From the NCBI GenBank assembly GCA_938091905.1, contig CALKOM010000191.1, positions 1-37,690 of the forward strand: 37,690 nucleotides of DNA. Reading direction: 5' to 3'. A model generated the notes under the pieces. That model was given only the letters and a program-made list of their open reading frames with translations. It was not told the DNA's origin and did no database searches. Below, one piece after another: positions 29,701 through 37,690 of the stretch. Origin of the DNA: an uncultured Verrucomicrobiales bacterium. GTDB lineage: Bacteria > Verrucomicrobiota > Verrucomicrobiia > Verrucomicrobiales > DEV007. Each line of letters opens with the position of its first letter. The stretch's first letter is position 1. A program made the translations under genes and the position numbers.

Positions 29701-31327
29701 TCAGTTGCCGGGTCACAAAGTGAGTGGTATCATTGCGAAGCTACGTCACACGCAGCCAGGCGTGACCTTGATCAGTCCTCCGCCGCACCATGACATTTAT
29801 TCCATTGAGGACCTTGCACAGCTCATTCACGACCTGAAGGAGGTCAATCCAAGGGCCCGCGTTTGTGTGAAGCTTGTGGCCGAGACTGGTGTCGGCACGA
29901 TCGCTGCCGGTGTCGCAAAGGCCAATGCTGACATTATCCTTGTTTCAGGGCATGACGGAGGCACCGGTGCCTCGCCGCTCAGCTCGATCCGTCACGCAGG
30001 GTTGCCTTGGGAGCTTGGTGTGGCCGAGACTCAGCAGGTGCTGATGATGAACGGCCTGCGTGACCGTGTGACGTTGCGGACGGACGGTGGCATGCGCAAT
30101 GGCCGTGATATCATCACGGCCGCAATTCTTGGAGCCGAGGAGTTTAACTTCGGAACCATCGCGATGATTGCCATGGGATGTGTCTATGTTAGACAGTGCC
30201 ATTTGAATACTTGCCCTGTGGGTATCGCGACGCAGCAGGAGCACCTGCGTGCGAAGTTCAAAGGTGATCCCGAGCACGTGATCAACTTCTTTAATGCGGT
30301 GGCAAATGAGGCTCGCGAAATCATGGCAGAGCTTGGTGTATCCAAGTTGAATGATCTGATAGGACGCCCTGAGTTGCTGAAAGTGCGCGAGATCGAAGAT
30401 CATCCCAAGGCGAACAAGCTCGACTTTAGCAAGCTGCTGAAGGATGTGGCTGCTGAGGATGGAGAGAACTACCCGCGTTATTGTAGGAATCTCCGGAATG
30501 ACGGGAATCACGCACGTCCATTGGATGACAAGATCCTTCAAGACGCGAGGCTGGCGATTCGTGATAAGACTCCAGTCGAGTTATCTTACAAGGTAAAGAA
30601 TACCAATCGAAATGTGGGCACCAAGCTCGCTGGCGAGATTGCCTATCATCATGGAAATCATGGATTACCCGACGGGACGATCAACGTGAATCTGAGGGGA
30701 AGCGCCGGACAGAGTTTTGCGACGTTCCTTTGTGGCGGTGTCAGTCTCATCCTCACAGGCGAGGCCAACGACTACGTCGGTAAAGGCATGTGTGGTGGCG
30801 AGATTATCATTAAACCGCCAACAAACCGTGGTTTCACGCCTCATGAGAATTCGATCATCGGGAACACCGTGATGTATGGTTCAACGGGAGGTCATCTCTT
30901 CGCCAATGGTCGCGCAGGCGAGCGGTTGTGTGTCCGAAACTCAGGTGGCACCGCCATCGTGGAGGGCTGTGGTGATCACGGTTGTGAGTATATGACGAAT
31001 GGTCTCGTCTTCATCCTTGGGCCCACTGGTAAGAATTTCGGTGCTGGGATGTCGGGTGGCCTAGCTTACATCTACGACGAGGAAGGTGACTTCGAGAAGC
31101 TCTACAATCCTGAAATGGTCGAGGCGAAAGCGCTAGATGGCGAAGAGGACGAAAAATTCCTCCAGAGTTACATCTACCAACACATCGAGAAGACTGATTC
31201 TGAGCGTGCCAAAGCTATCATGGCTGACTGGGCTTCGGCGAAAGCCAAGTTTGTCAAAGTCGTGCCCAAGGATTCCTCTGTGAGTGCGGCCAAAGATGAG
31301 AAGCCGAAGACGGTTGCTGCGAAGTAA
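26765..31327 (+). CDS. gltB: Glutamate synthase large subunit
   Basis: EHDACGVGF (propeptide/Cys1), HQRFSTNTFP, AHNGEINT, EPWDGPA, FAQVTNPPIDP, IKQVASGRFGV, CVYVRQCHLNTCPVG (3Fe-4S), GXGXG domain; 1520 aa. Confidence 0.98.
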   Translation: MMNRHYQTQLPSGTLHRFEDEHDACGVGFVAQVDGVASHQIVKYGVESVCNVTHRGAVDADGKTGDGAGVSTQIPFKLFKPELDKLGVTLEDPSALGIGMFFLPREDGAQQLKAKVLAEGVLRNRGVAVYGWREVPVNPKELGDTALASRPDILQLMIGRPDGESSEAFERTLFLARREIEIKAQQEGITPFYIASLSARLLSYKGLMVASALDNFYGDLCNPDFESAICLYHQRFSTNTFPTWSLGQPFRMLAHNGEINTLRGNRNWFNSRASDFASEVDCWTEKDVPLFKDLLDPDASDSASLDGALELLVLSGRSVEHSMAMLVPPAWRIDPYTSEEEKAFYQYHRCFSEPWDGPAALAFSDGLTVAASLDRNGLRPMRFKHTSDGIFTVGSEVGVIHLDDAKVIAKGRLAPGEMVSVNTVTGEVQYNNEIKEGLAKSQPYGEWLKNRINLDDEVSADPEPGAANGIDPLSRWQSQTANGYTDEELNMSITPMIAAGQEATYSMGDDTPLSVLSYQPRLLYTYFKQLFAQVTNPPIDPIRERLVMSISADLGPEGNLLTETPGHARVIHLESPFLFPHQLAALKTLNSEYTTAELDITWPVSEGAAGLKKAVDALRAAAEKACDDGVKLIVLTDKAASHARAAMPSLVATGAVHQHLIRSEKRMDVSLILESAEPRDTHQMACLFGYGVTAICPYLAFQTIGEIFEKDQTVRKPKLSAVTDITQGLKNYRSALEKGVLKIMSKMGISVLNSYQGAQIFEAIGLSENFIGECFDGTPSQIDGIDFADVAMETLARHQAAYGAAVPEDVSKLKLGDPGNYRWRRNGEIHAIANPMLKNFHTFVRENDPDKYEKYLEDVLANRPISLHDMWEFVPSGNAIPVEDVEPIEDIRVRFTTAAMSLGALSPEAHETLAIAMNRIGGKSDSGEGGESAERFNSERNSKIKQVASGRFGVHAEYLASADEIEIKMAQGAKPGEGGQLPGHKVSGIIAKLRHTQPGVTLISPPPHHDIYSIEDLAQLIHDLKEVNPRARVCVKLVAETGVGTIAAGVAKANADIILVSGHDGGTGASPLSSIRHAGLPWELGVAETQQVLMMNGLRDRVTLRTDGGMRNGRDIITAAILGAEEFNFGTIAMIAMGCVYVRQCHLNTCPVGIATQQEHLRAKFKGDPEHVINFFNAVANEAREIMAELGVSKLNDLIGRPELLKVREIEDHPKANKLDFSKLLKDVAAEDGENYPRYCRNLRNDGNHARPLDDKILQDARLAIRDKTPVELSYKVKNTNRNVGTKLAGEIAYHHGNHGLPDGTINVNLRGSAGQSFATFLCGGVSLILTGEANDYVGKGMCGGEIIIKPPTNRGFTPHENSIIGNTVMYGSTGGHLFANGRAGERLCVRNSGGTAIVEGCGDHGCEYMTNGLVFILGPTGKNFGAGMSGGLAYIYDEEGDFEKLYNPEMVEAKALDGEEDEKFLQSYIYQHIEKTDSERAKAIMADWASAKAKFVKVVPKDSSVSAAKDEKPKTVAAK

Positions 31328-31443
31328 TATGGTCTGAGTGTATCCAGAGCTTTTAGTCCCGGTCAGAGGCAGGATACCACGGCCACCTTGTGGGCTTTCA
31401 CCCTTGCCTTCAATGGCGCGCTTGCTGACACTCATGCCATCTC

Positions 31444-32445
31444 ATGGGTGACGACAAGGACCAACTCACAGGCGAGGCTCGACAGTTTCAACAGGACTTC
31501 GAGCAAGTTCGCGAACAGATTGGGCGTGTCATCGTGGGTCAGGAACGTGTGGTGGAGAGCGTCGTCACGGCAGTGCTTTGCGGTGGCAATGTCCTCTTAG
31601 AAAGCGTCCCGGGGCTGGGGAAAACCGAGCTGGTCAAAGCCTTGGCGAGGGTTTTGGAGTTGGATTTCAAGCGTATCCAGTTCACGCCCGATCTTATGCC
31701 GGCGGATATCATTGGGACGAATATCATGACCCAAGGACCAGATGGGATGTATCAATTTGAGTTTCGGGAGGGACCGCTCTTCACTCAACTCCTCCTCGCA
31801 GACGAGATCAACCGGGCGACACCAAAGACTCAGGCTGCTTTGTTGGAGACCATGCAAGAAGGCTCGGTTACCGCTGCGGGGAAGACGTTCCAACTCACGC
31901 AACCGTTCTTCGTCCTCGCCACGCAGAATCCGATTGAGCAGGAGGGGACCTACCCGCTTCCTGAAGCTCAGCTAGACCGCTTTATGTTCAAGGTCTCTGT
32001 GCCTTTCCTCAATCGCGATGAATTGAACGAGGTGGTCAAGCGCACGATTCTTTCAACGGGGTCCGAGAATAATAAAGTGTTAGATGGGCCTCGCATTCTT
32101 GCCATGCGGGAGATCTTGCAACGCGTGGTCGTTGCAGATCCCATGCGCGACTTTGCCGTGCGGCTCGTTCTCGCGACCCATCCAGAGGCTGAAGAGTCAG
32201 GTGATCAGGTGAAGCAGTTTGTTCGTTGGGGGGCCAGCCCTCGGGCAACGCAGGCTCTCATTCGTGCCGCGCGCGTCCGCGCGTTGGCTTGTGGAAGGGA
32301 ACACGTTGCCTTTGAGGATGTGCGCTATTACGCCCGCGAAGTAATCGGGCATCGCATGCTACTCAACTATGACGGTCAGGCCGAGAATCTGAACATCGGC
32401 GAGTTGGTCGACGGTATCGTTACCAGTCTCCCTGAAACGGTCTAG
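31444..32445 (+). CDS. MoxR family AAA+ ATPase
   Basis: Motifs VPGLGKT, RIQFTPDLMPADIIG, LLLADEINR, ATQNPIEQEGTYPLPEAQLDRF, WGASPR. Confidence 0.96.
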   Translation: MGDDKDQLTGEARQFQQDFEQVREQIGRVIVGQERVVESVVTAVLCGGNVLLESVPGLGKTELVKALARVLELDFKRIQFTPDLMPADIIGTNIMTQGPDGMYQFEFREGPLFTQLLLADEINRATPKTQAALLETMQEGSVTAAGKTFQLTQPFFVLATQNPIEQEGTYPLPEAQLDRFMFKVSVPFLNRDELNEVVKRTILSTGSENNKVLDGPRILAMREILQRVVVADPMRDFAVRLVLATHPEAEESGDQVKQFVRWGASPRATQALIRAARVRALACGREHVAFEDVRYYAREVIGHRMLLNYDGQAENLNIGELVDGIVTSLPETV

Positions 32446-32458
32446 CTGAACGGCGACG

Positions 32459-33346
32459 ATGCCAGCGCAACTCACCAACCTCTTACCAAATGACACCATT
32501 GCGCGCTTGGAGCGTTTGCGTGTAAAGCCGAACTGTCACTTTACGAATCGCTTCACGGGTTCTCATCAAGCTCGCAAGGGGGGAACGAGTACGGACTTCG
32601 CTGATTTCCGTGATTACACGCCTGGAGATGACATGCGTTTCGTCGACTGGAACAGTTTTTCACGATTACATCGTCCGTACATTAAGCTTTTTCACGAGGA
32701 AGAGATCACCCATTTCCTCGTTCTGATCGATGGATCGAAGTCGATGCGGTTCGAGGGCAAGTTCCAGCGAGCGAAAGAACTCGCTGCGGCATTCAGTTTA
32801 ATGGCGTTGCGTCACACGGAGCGCCTTAGTATTCAGTGCCTCACCCAGAAGCCTCATCGGCTCCTGCCATGCACGGGACGCGCGAGTATGAACAAGGTTT
32901 TTACCTTTCTCGAACGTCTTGATGAACCCGACGATACCGTACCATTCGAGATCGCTATCGAGAAAGCCCTCCAACATCATTCCGGCCGTGGCATCGTCAT
33001 TCTGCTCTCCGATTTCCTAACCTTTGGTAGCCTAAAGCGCTCCTTTAACGCGCTTTTTAGCAGTGGCCTCGAGATTCTCGCGCTGCAACTCTTAGGGCCG
33101 ACCGAGATTGATCCAGACGTCACCTCAGATTTCAGATTGGTTGATGCGGAGCTGGATGAGAATCTCGATGTCTCCGTTTCTGGTGATCTCTTGCAGTTCT
33201 ACCAGGACCACCGCCTGGCCTATCAAGAGGAACTTGCGTCGCTCTGTCAGAGCCGTTCCGGAAGATTCCTTTCCGTGTCCACGGAATCGACGTTAGAGGG
33301 CACGCTCTTCGATACCCTGCGTCGAGTGGGGTGGGTGAGTCAGTGA
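32459..33346 (+). CDS. DUF58 domain protein (MoxR partner with vWA-like motif)
   Basis: Motifs GTSTDFADFRDYTPGDDMRFVDW, LIDGSKSM, ILLSDFL; 13 bp downstream of the MoxR gene. Confidence 0.94.
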   Translation: MPAQLTNLLPNDTIARLERLRVKPNCHFTNRFTGSHQARKGGTSTDFADFRDYTPGDDMRFVDWNSFSRLHRPYIKLFHEEEITHFLVLIDGSKSMRFEGKFQRAKELAAAFSLMALRHTERLSIQCLTQKPHRLLPCTGRASMNKVFTFLERLDEPDDTVPFEIAIEKALQHHSGRGIVILLSDFLTFGSLKRSFNALFSSGLEILALQLLGPTEIDPDVTSDFRLVDAELDENLDVSVSGDLLQFYQDHRLAYQEELASLCQSRSGRFLSVSTESTLEGTLFDTLRRVGWVSQ

Positions 33347-33361
33347 TCGAGCGAAAGTACC

Positions 33362-34984
33362 TTACTCCAGCGTCGCCTCAACAGTTCCCAGTGGCGCGTT
33401 GTCTAGAATGTGGATTTCTTTGCCGTCGTAGAACTGGGTCTGGCAGTGGACTTCTACTTTCATAAGGCGTTCCTGGTGTTTGTAGACCGTCGGGCCACGG
33501 AAGTTCCAGAGGAAGGGAAGAGAGTGTCGCCATTCGAATTTGGAGCCTGCATCGAACCGAGCGTTTTGATGGGCGAGCCACGATTCTAGCAGTTTGAAGA
33601 AGGGGTGGCCGAGCTCCTTGCTGAAACCAGCGTGGCCGAGGGTGTCGATTATCTCTTCTGCTTCGGCTGGTGTTTGTGCTTCTGAGAGTTAATTGGCGAT
33701 TTCTCGATCAATGGTCGCACCGTAAGGCGAGACGATTGACTTTTCGAATAGGACGTACCCGAAGTGCGTCATGGTGAACTCTTCGTGATAAGGGGCCATG
33801 AGCCGCGTGGGAATGGTGTAGCGGTCGCCGCTTTCACCCACGGCTTCATAGCGGTAGCCGTGGGCGATGGGTGTATCAAACCAAGCAAGGCCAGCTGATT
33901 GGAAGGTGATTGACGCCGCGGCAATGATCGGGATCGAGAGCGCGAAGGCTTTCCAGTGAAAGAGGCGTGCTTGTTGATTCCTGTCTTCAGCCCAACGGCG
34001 AAGCAGCCATAGCAGTGCCAACTGCACGAGCATCCATTTCCAGAAGAAGTGGCCAAAGCAGGCTAAGAATCCTACTAGCAGAATGGTCCAAAGGACGAGG
34101 AGGGCACGAGCGGCTTTCCCACGAACGAAGAAGAGCAGGGCTCCGAGTTCCAAGATGAGTGTCGCGATTTGCAGTGGGTAGTCGGCCTTGGCCATCCATT
34201 GAGCAAAGTTCGCAATCTTTTCTGGGGCGAGCCAGCCAAGCCATCCATGTGCATACGCGCCAACATGCATCCCGTAGAGGTGGCTGTGACTAATCCAGTC
34301 CATGCGAAGCTTGAGGAGTCCCGGCTGCCAGAAGTTGGCCGCGACTAGACAGCCAGTGATGAAGAGGAAATGCTCGACGCGGGCGAGCCCAGGTTTGGCT
34401 TGAAGCAGAAGAAACGCTGAGAAGACGGTCAGGATCTGCATGAGTGGGCGAAACTCGGCCATGACAATTGGGAAGCTTGTCAAGGGATAGTGGAATTGTG
34501 AAATGACTGCCCACATCGCTGGTACGAACGCTAGGCAGAATACGGGACGCCAGAGCGTTAGCAGCGCCAGGGCAAGGAGGCAGCCGCGATCGATCCAATG
34601 ATCTTGACCGAAATGGTAGTTTGTTGGGTGGGCTGCGAATGACGACAAGAGCGCTGCCATCATTAGTCCAATGAACCAGCGCAGTTTGTCTCCCGAAGCG
34701 AGCTTCCGCCAAGAGACTCGCATTCCTGGGCACTTCCAGCAGAGAACTGTTCCAATTAGGAGAATGCCTATAGCGATTGCGATGTTTCCGTTGTCAGGTT
34801 GGCCGAAGAGAATAGACGTCTTGGTGTAGACAGTTTCCGGAAGTCTCAGGACTTTCTCGTAGATCCGATCAAGGATCATAAAGAGGGCGAGTAGAGCTCC
34901 CGTTCTGAAACTAAAGGCAATGAAACTCCCATCATTTAGCGACAATGAGCGGCGGCGTCTGATGTATTGAACTATCGGATGCAT
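33362..34984 (-). pseudogene. Multi-pass membrane protein, HTTM-like (paralog A), with one in-frame TAA
   Basis: The ORF stops at TAA 33689-33691, but the same frame stays open for ~108 codons (LSEAQTPAEAEEII...KVEVHCQTQFYDGKEIHIL...LE*) and aligns by eye with the C-terminus of paralog B. Motifs NFWQPGLLKL, HGWLGWL, FFWKWM, WFDTP. Confidence 0.8.
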
Positions 34985-35224
34985 TAACGAGCACTGGTAA
35001 GATCCCAATGGTCTACCCCACGAGGTGCAGACCATTGGGAAGTTGACTTTGGGGTGTGAAGAAGTCTAGCATTGGTATTGGAAAAGCGTTGGGCTAGTCT
35101 CTTCATTGCGAATGAGAGACTGTGGCATTGCCTGTTTGCGAGAGGCAAGCGAGCTCTATAGTAGAAGTAGATCAGCGTATTCTCCTTGTTCTTGGCCTCG
35201 TTTGATCAGATGATGTGGGGATCT

Positions 35225-36815
35225 ATGCTTACTCAGGTCAAACAACGAACGGTGAAGTACCTTTCGCCTCGTGATGTTTCGTTTGGGTTAAGGCTCAGTT
35301 TCTTGGTGGTCGCTTTCCTGTTGGCGGAGTTTGGCTTGAAACGGCTGGCACAGTTGCCTGGCGAAAGCTATGGGGAACCGTTGATTCTAGCGGCATTGGT
35401 GAAATACTCTGGTGGGGCGATTCCACTCTTCACACTTGTGCTGGCCGTCCTCGCTTGGCGGGTGCCCTCCTTTCGGAAAGGGTGGTCTGAACTTCCCCAG
35501 GGACGTTTGATCCGAGTCGTCGTCACGGTGTGTGTGGGAATCTTGGCTTGGGCCTACAGTACTTATTCAATCTCTATTTCAATCATCGGCATTTAGATGC
35601 TCGTCTGGGGCTCGTGCTGTTGGCTATTCTGTCTTGGTGGTGCCCCATGTTTGTGCCTCTCTTTCTCCTCGTGGTTGTGGCGGTGATTCATCAGTTCATG
35701 TCCCATTGGGTGGAGACTCTGTGGCTGAGCAGTTCCTCTTTATACAGATCTTGCTGGTGCGCTGGTTAGGCTTTTGCCTGCAGGCCGTGTGGCCAGATGC
35801 GAGGAAGGGCGAAACGGTATTGTTGCTGGTCTTTGTTCTTATTGCGACAGCCTATTGGACCTGTGGATTGGGCAAGCTACGAATGAATTGGATTAGCTTT
35901 GGGCACCTGAACCATCTGCTTCACGCGACCTATCCTAACGGTTGGCTTGGATCTCTTTCGGCCGAGCAAATCTCGGGAATCAGTGCCTGGGCCGCGAAGT
36001 TTGACTGGCCGATGAGAGTGATGGTCTTGGCTTTCGGAGTTGGAGCGTTGGGCTTCTTGTGGCGCCGATGGACGATGGTCGCTTTGCTGACGGGATGGAT
36101 CCTGTTTCATCTGGGGGTTGTGCTCATGTCTGGCATCTTTTTTTGGAAATGGATGGTACTAGAAGTTGTCATCTTGGTCTTTCTCGTCAGGAATCGACAG
36201 GAGACGCCGTTCACGATCTTTCGGCCTTCGATCTTTCTAATGGCGGTGATGCTTATTGGCGCTGGTAAGGTGATCTTTAGGCCTGTGAACATTTCTTGGT
36301 TCGATTCTCCGGTATCCTACACGTTTCGCTTTGAGGTGGAGGTGGAGGTGGAGGACGGAGAGCAGTACGGCTTGCCGCCTCAGTTCCTTGCGTCTTACGA
36401 CTATCAGTTTACCTTGGGGACCTTTCGTTACCTTTCAGAATCGCCGACGCTTCCGGTAGTATGGGGTGCGGTTTACGAGCGTGAACTCGCGGATCGTTTG
36501 CTTAGTCTGAAGACTCTAGATGAGGTGGGTTCATTGGAATCGACGTTGAATCAAGTGACGTTCAATCCAGAAAAGGCCGAAGTGTTTAATGGGTTTGTGA
36601 GGCAGTGGTTTCGTGCTCATGAAGAGCGCGAGAGGAAAAGTGGCGTCCTATCTTGGCTGAAGGCACCTCCCCAACTGCTGACGTTCTCCGATGAGTCTGC
36701 CTATGCGGGACAAGATACCCTAGTTAAGGTCCGAGTGATCCGGATCACCTCGTTCTTTGACGGAAATACCCACGTGGAAGGGAATTGTCAGGTCCTTCGA
36801 GAGATAGAACTCTAA
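35225..36815 (+). pseudogene. Multi-pass membrane protein, HTTM-like (paralog B), with two frameshifts
   Basis: Three consecutive frames (...WAYSTY / FNLYFNHRHLDAR...VIHQF / HVPLGG...) are each collinear with paralog A, with shifts near 35565 and 35698. Motifs AYWTCGLGKL, NGWLGSL, FHLGVVLMSGIFFWKWM, WFDSP. Confidence 0.82.
36333..36353 (+). repeat. (GAGGTG)3 GAG tandem repeat encoding EVEVEVE
   Basis: Read directly from the sequence; paralog A is two residues shorter at this position. Confidence 0.7.
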
Positions 36816-36822
36816 TCTAACG

Positions 36823-37555
36823 ATGGGTAGTCGGATCCATGGCGTGGATGAAGCGAAGGGCCTCGCGATCTTGTCGGTGGTGGTTGGGCACGTATGGCTT
36901 GGCCTGTTCTCTTCAGGCATCTGCAAGGAGACGGAGCTCTTTGTGTGGGTGATTGATTGAATCTACAGTTTTCACATGCCGGTCTTCTTTGTGATCACGG
37001 GAATGTTAGTGGCTCGCTCGATTGGGAAGCATCGTGGAGCTGCTTTTGTCGGGACGAAGTTGCAGACGATCGTTTATCCCTACTTCGTGTGGTCAGTTCT
37101 ACAATTGATGCTGCAACGGGCTTTTCAGCCAAACGTGAATGCGGAGATTTCTAGCTCTGTCGTGGCCCTATTTGTCGCACCCGTTGGCCAGTTCTGGTCT
37201 CTCTACACCTTGTTCTTGATCTATCTCGTCTTTCTTGCCTCGGTCCGGCTTGGCATGCCACCTTGGGCGTTTCTTGTCGACACCTGTGGGATCTATCTCT
37301 TTGCTAGGGCGTCGGTTTGGCCTTGGGAAGTGCTTCAGGGTGTCGCTGGGTATGGCGTATTCTTCGCCTTGGGAACCTGCTACGGAAGTCAACTCGAGAG
37401 ATTGAGTTGGGAGAAACTACCGGGTTGGGTTGGGAGTGTAGCTCTGGGTGGCGTGGCGCTCGCGGTTACCTATGGTTGGCAGAAGCCGCTATGGGGTAAG
37501 TCGATCGTGGCAGTGATCGGCAGTGGCGGGGTGCTGGTGTTAGGGTGTTGGCTAG
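36823..37555 (+). pseudogene. Acyltransferase-3 family membrane protein, with an in-frame TGA and truncated by an IS
   Basis: MGSRIHGVDEAKGLAILSVVVGH...VID*IYSFHMPVFFVITG with TGA at 36958-36960; motifs YPYFVWS, QFWSLYTL. Family-like sequence ends at ...GCWLG, before the usual S-L-x-I-Y-x-x-H helix. Confidence 0.85.
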
Positions 37556-37587
37556 GAGTCTGTCGGACTTTACCAAGTTGCGGTTGA

Positions 37588-37596
37588 TGCTAGAAT
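37588..37596 (+). promoter_or_regulatory. Candidate extended -10 promoter for the transposase
   Basis: TG-C-TAGAAT ends 7 bp before the ATG at 37604, consistent with a leaderless or near-leaderless transcript. Confidence 0.35.
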
Positions 37597-37603
37597 TTAA
37601 GCT

Positions 37604-37690
37604 ATGAGCGCCCGCTTCGTAGATGTCGACCGTAACACCCCAATGCTACTACCCGTGGACATGCGAGATTGGGTGCCTGAAGACGATCTC
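37604..37690 (+). CDS. IS1182-family transposase, N-terminal fragment (not in the ORF track)
   Basis: Translates to MSARFVDVDRNTPMLLPVDMRDWVPEDDL..., matching the D-R-x-x-x-x-L-L-P-x-x-x-x-D-W-x-P-E-D start of DUF772-type IS1182 transposases. Confidence 0.85.
   Translation, partial: MSARFVDVDRNTPMLLPVDMRDWVPEDDL

Larger units (their letters stand above)
37556..37690 (+). mobile_element. Left end of an IS1182-family insertion sequence (partial)
   Basis: The putative left end GAGTCTGTCGGACTT follows CTAG (37552-37555). A transposase N-terminus starts at 37604 and runs off the window. The end coordinate is inferred because the right end is not visible. Confidence 0.75.

Noticed and set aside
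31600..31626. MoxR Walker A reads ESVPGLGKT rather than EGVPGLGKT
   Set aside because: The essential GKT, Walker B and arginine-finger motifs are intact, so this is likely a tolerated variant.

Overview
A ~37.7 kb bacterial chromosomal segment, probably from the PVC superphylum and most likely Verrucomicrobiota. This is inferred from PEP-CTERM, SHD1, PSD1/planctomycete cytochrome c, DUF1501 and sulfatase genes. Intact metabolic and housekeeping genes are deoB, a short ALDH-family gene, two sulfatases, argS, a PTS EIIA, an N-acetylhexosamine-kinase-like gene, a class 3 lipase, PSD1-DUF1501, a POT peptide transporter, an amidase, gltB and MoxR-DUF58. Six exported or membrane protein genes are disrupted by frameshifts or in-frame stops: a Ca-binding surface protein C-terminus, a PEP-CTERM protein, an SHD1 protein, two divergent HTTM-like paralogs and an acyltransferase. 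The window ends inside the left end of an IS1182-like element that truncates the acyltransferase. The best candidate for an undescribed system is a three-gene operon (short ALDH, phosphopentomutase, membrane-anchored EcoRV-like PD-(D/E)xK nuclease) with no methyltransferase, which could be a DNA-scavenging unit. I saw no rRNA, tRNA or CRISPR array. All family calls are from motif recognition by eye, not database searches.
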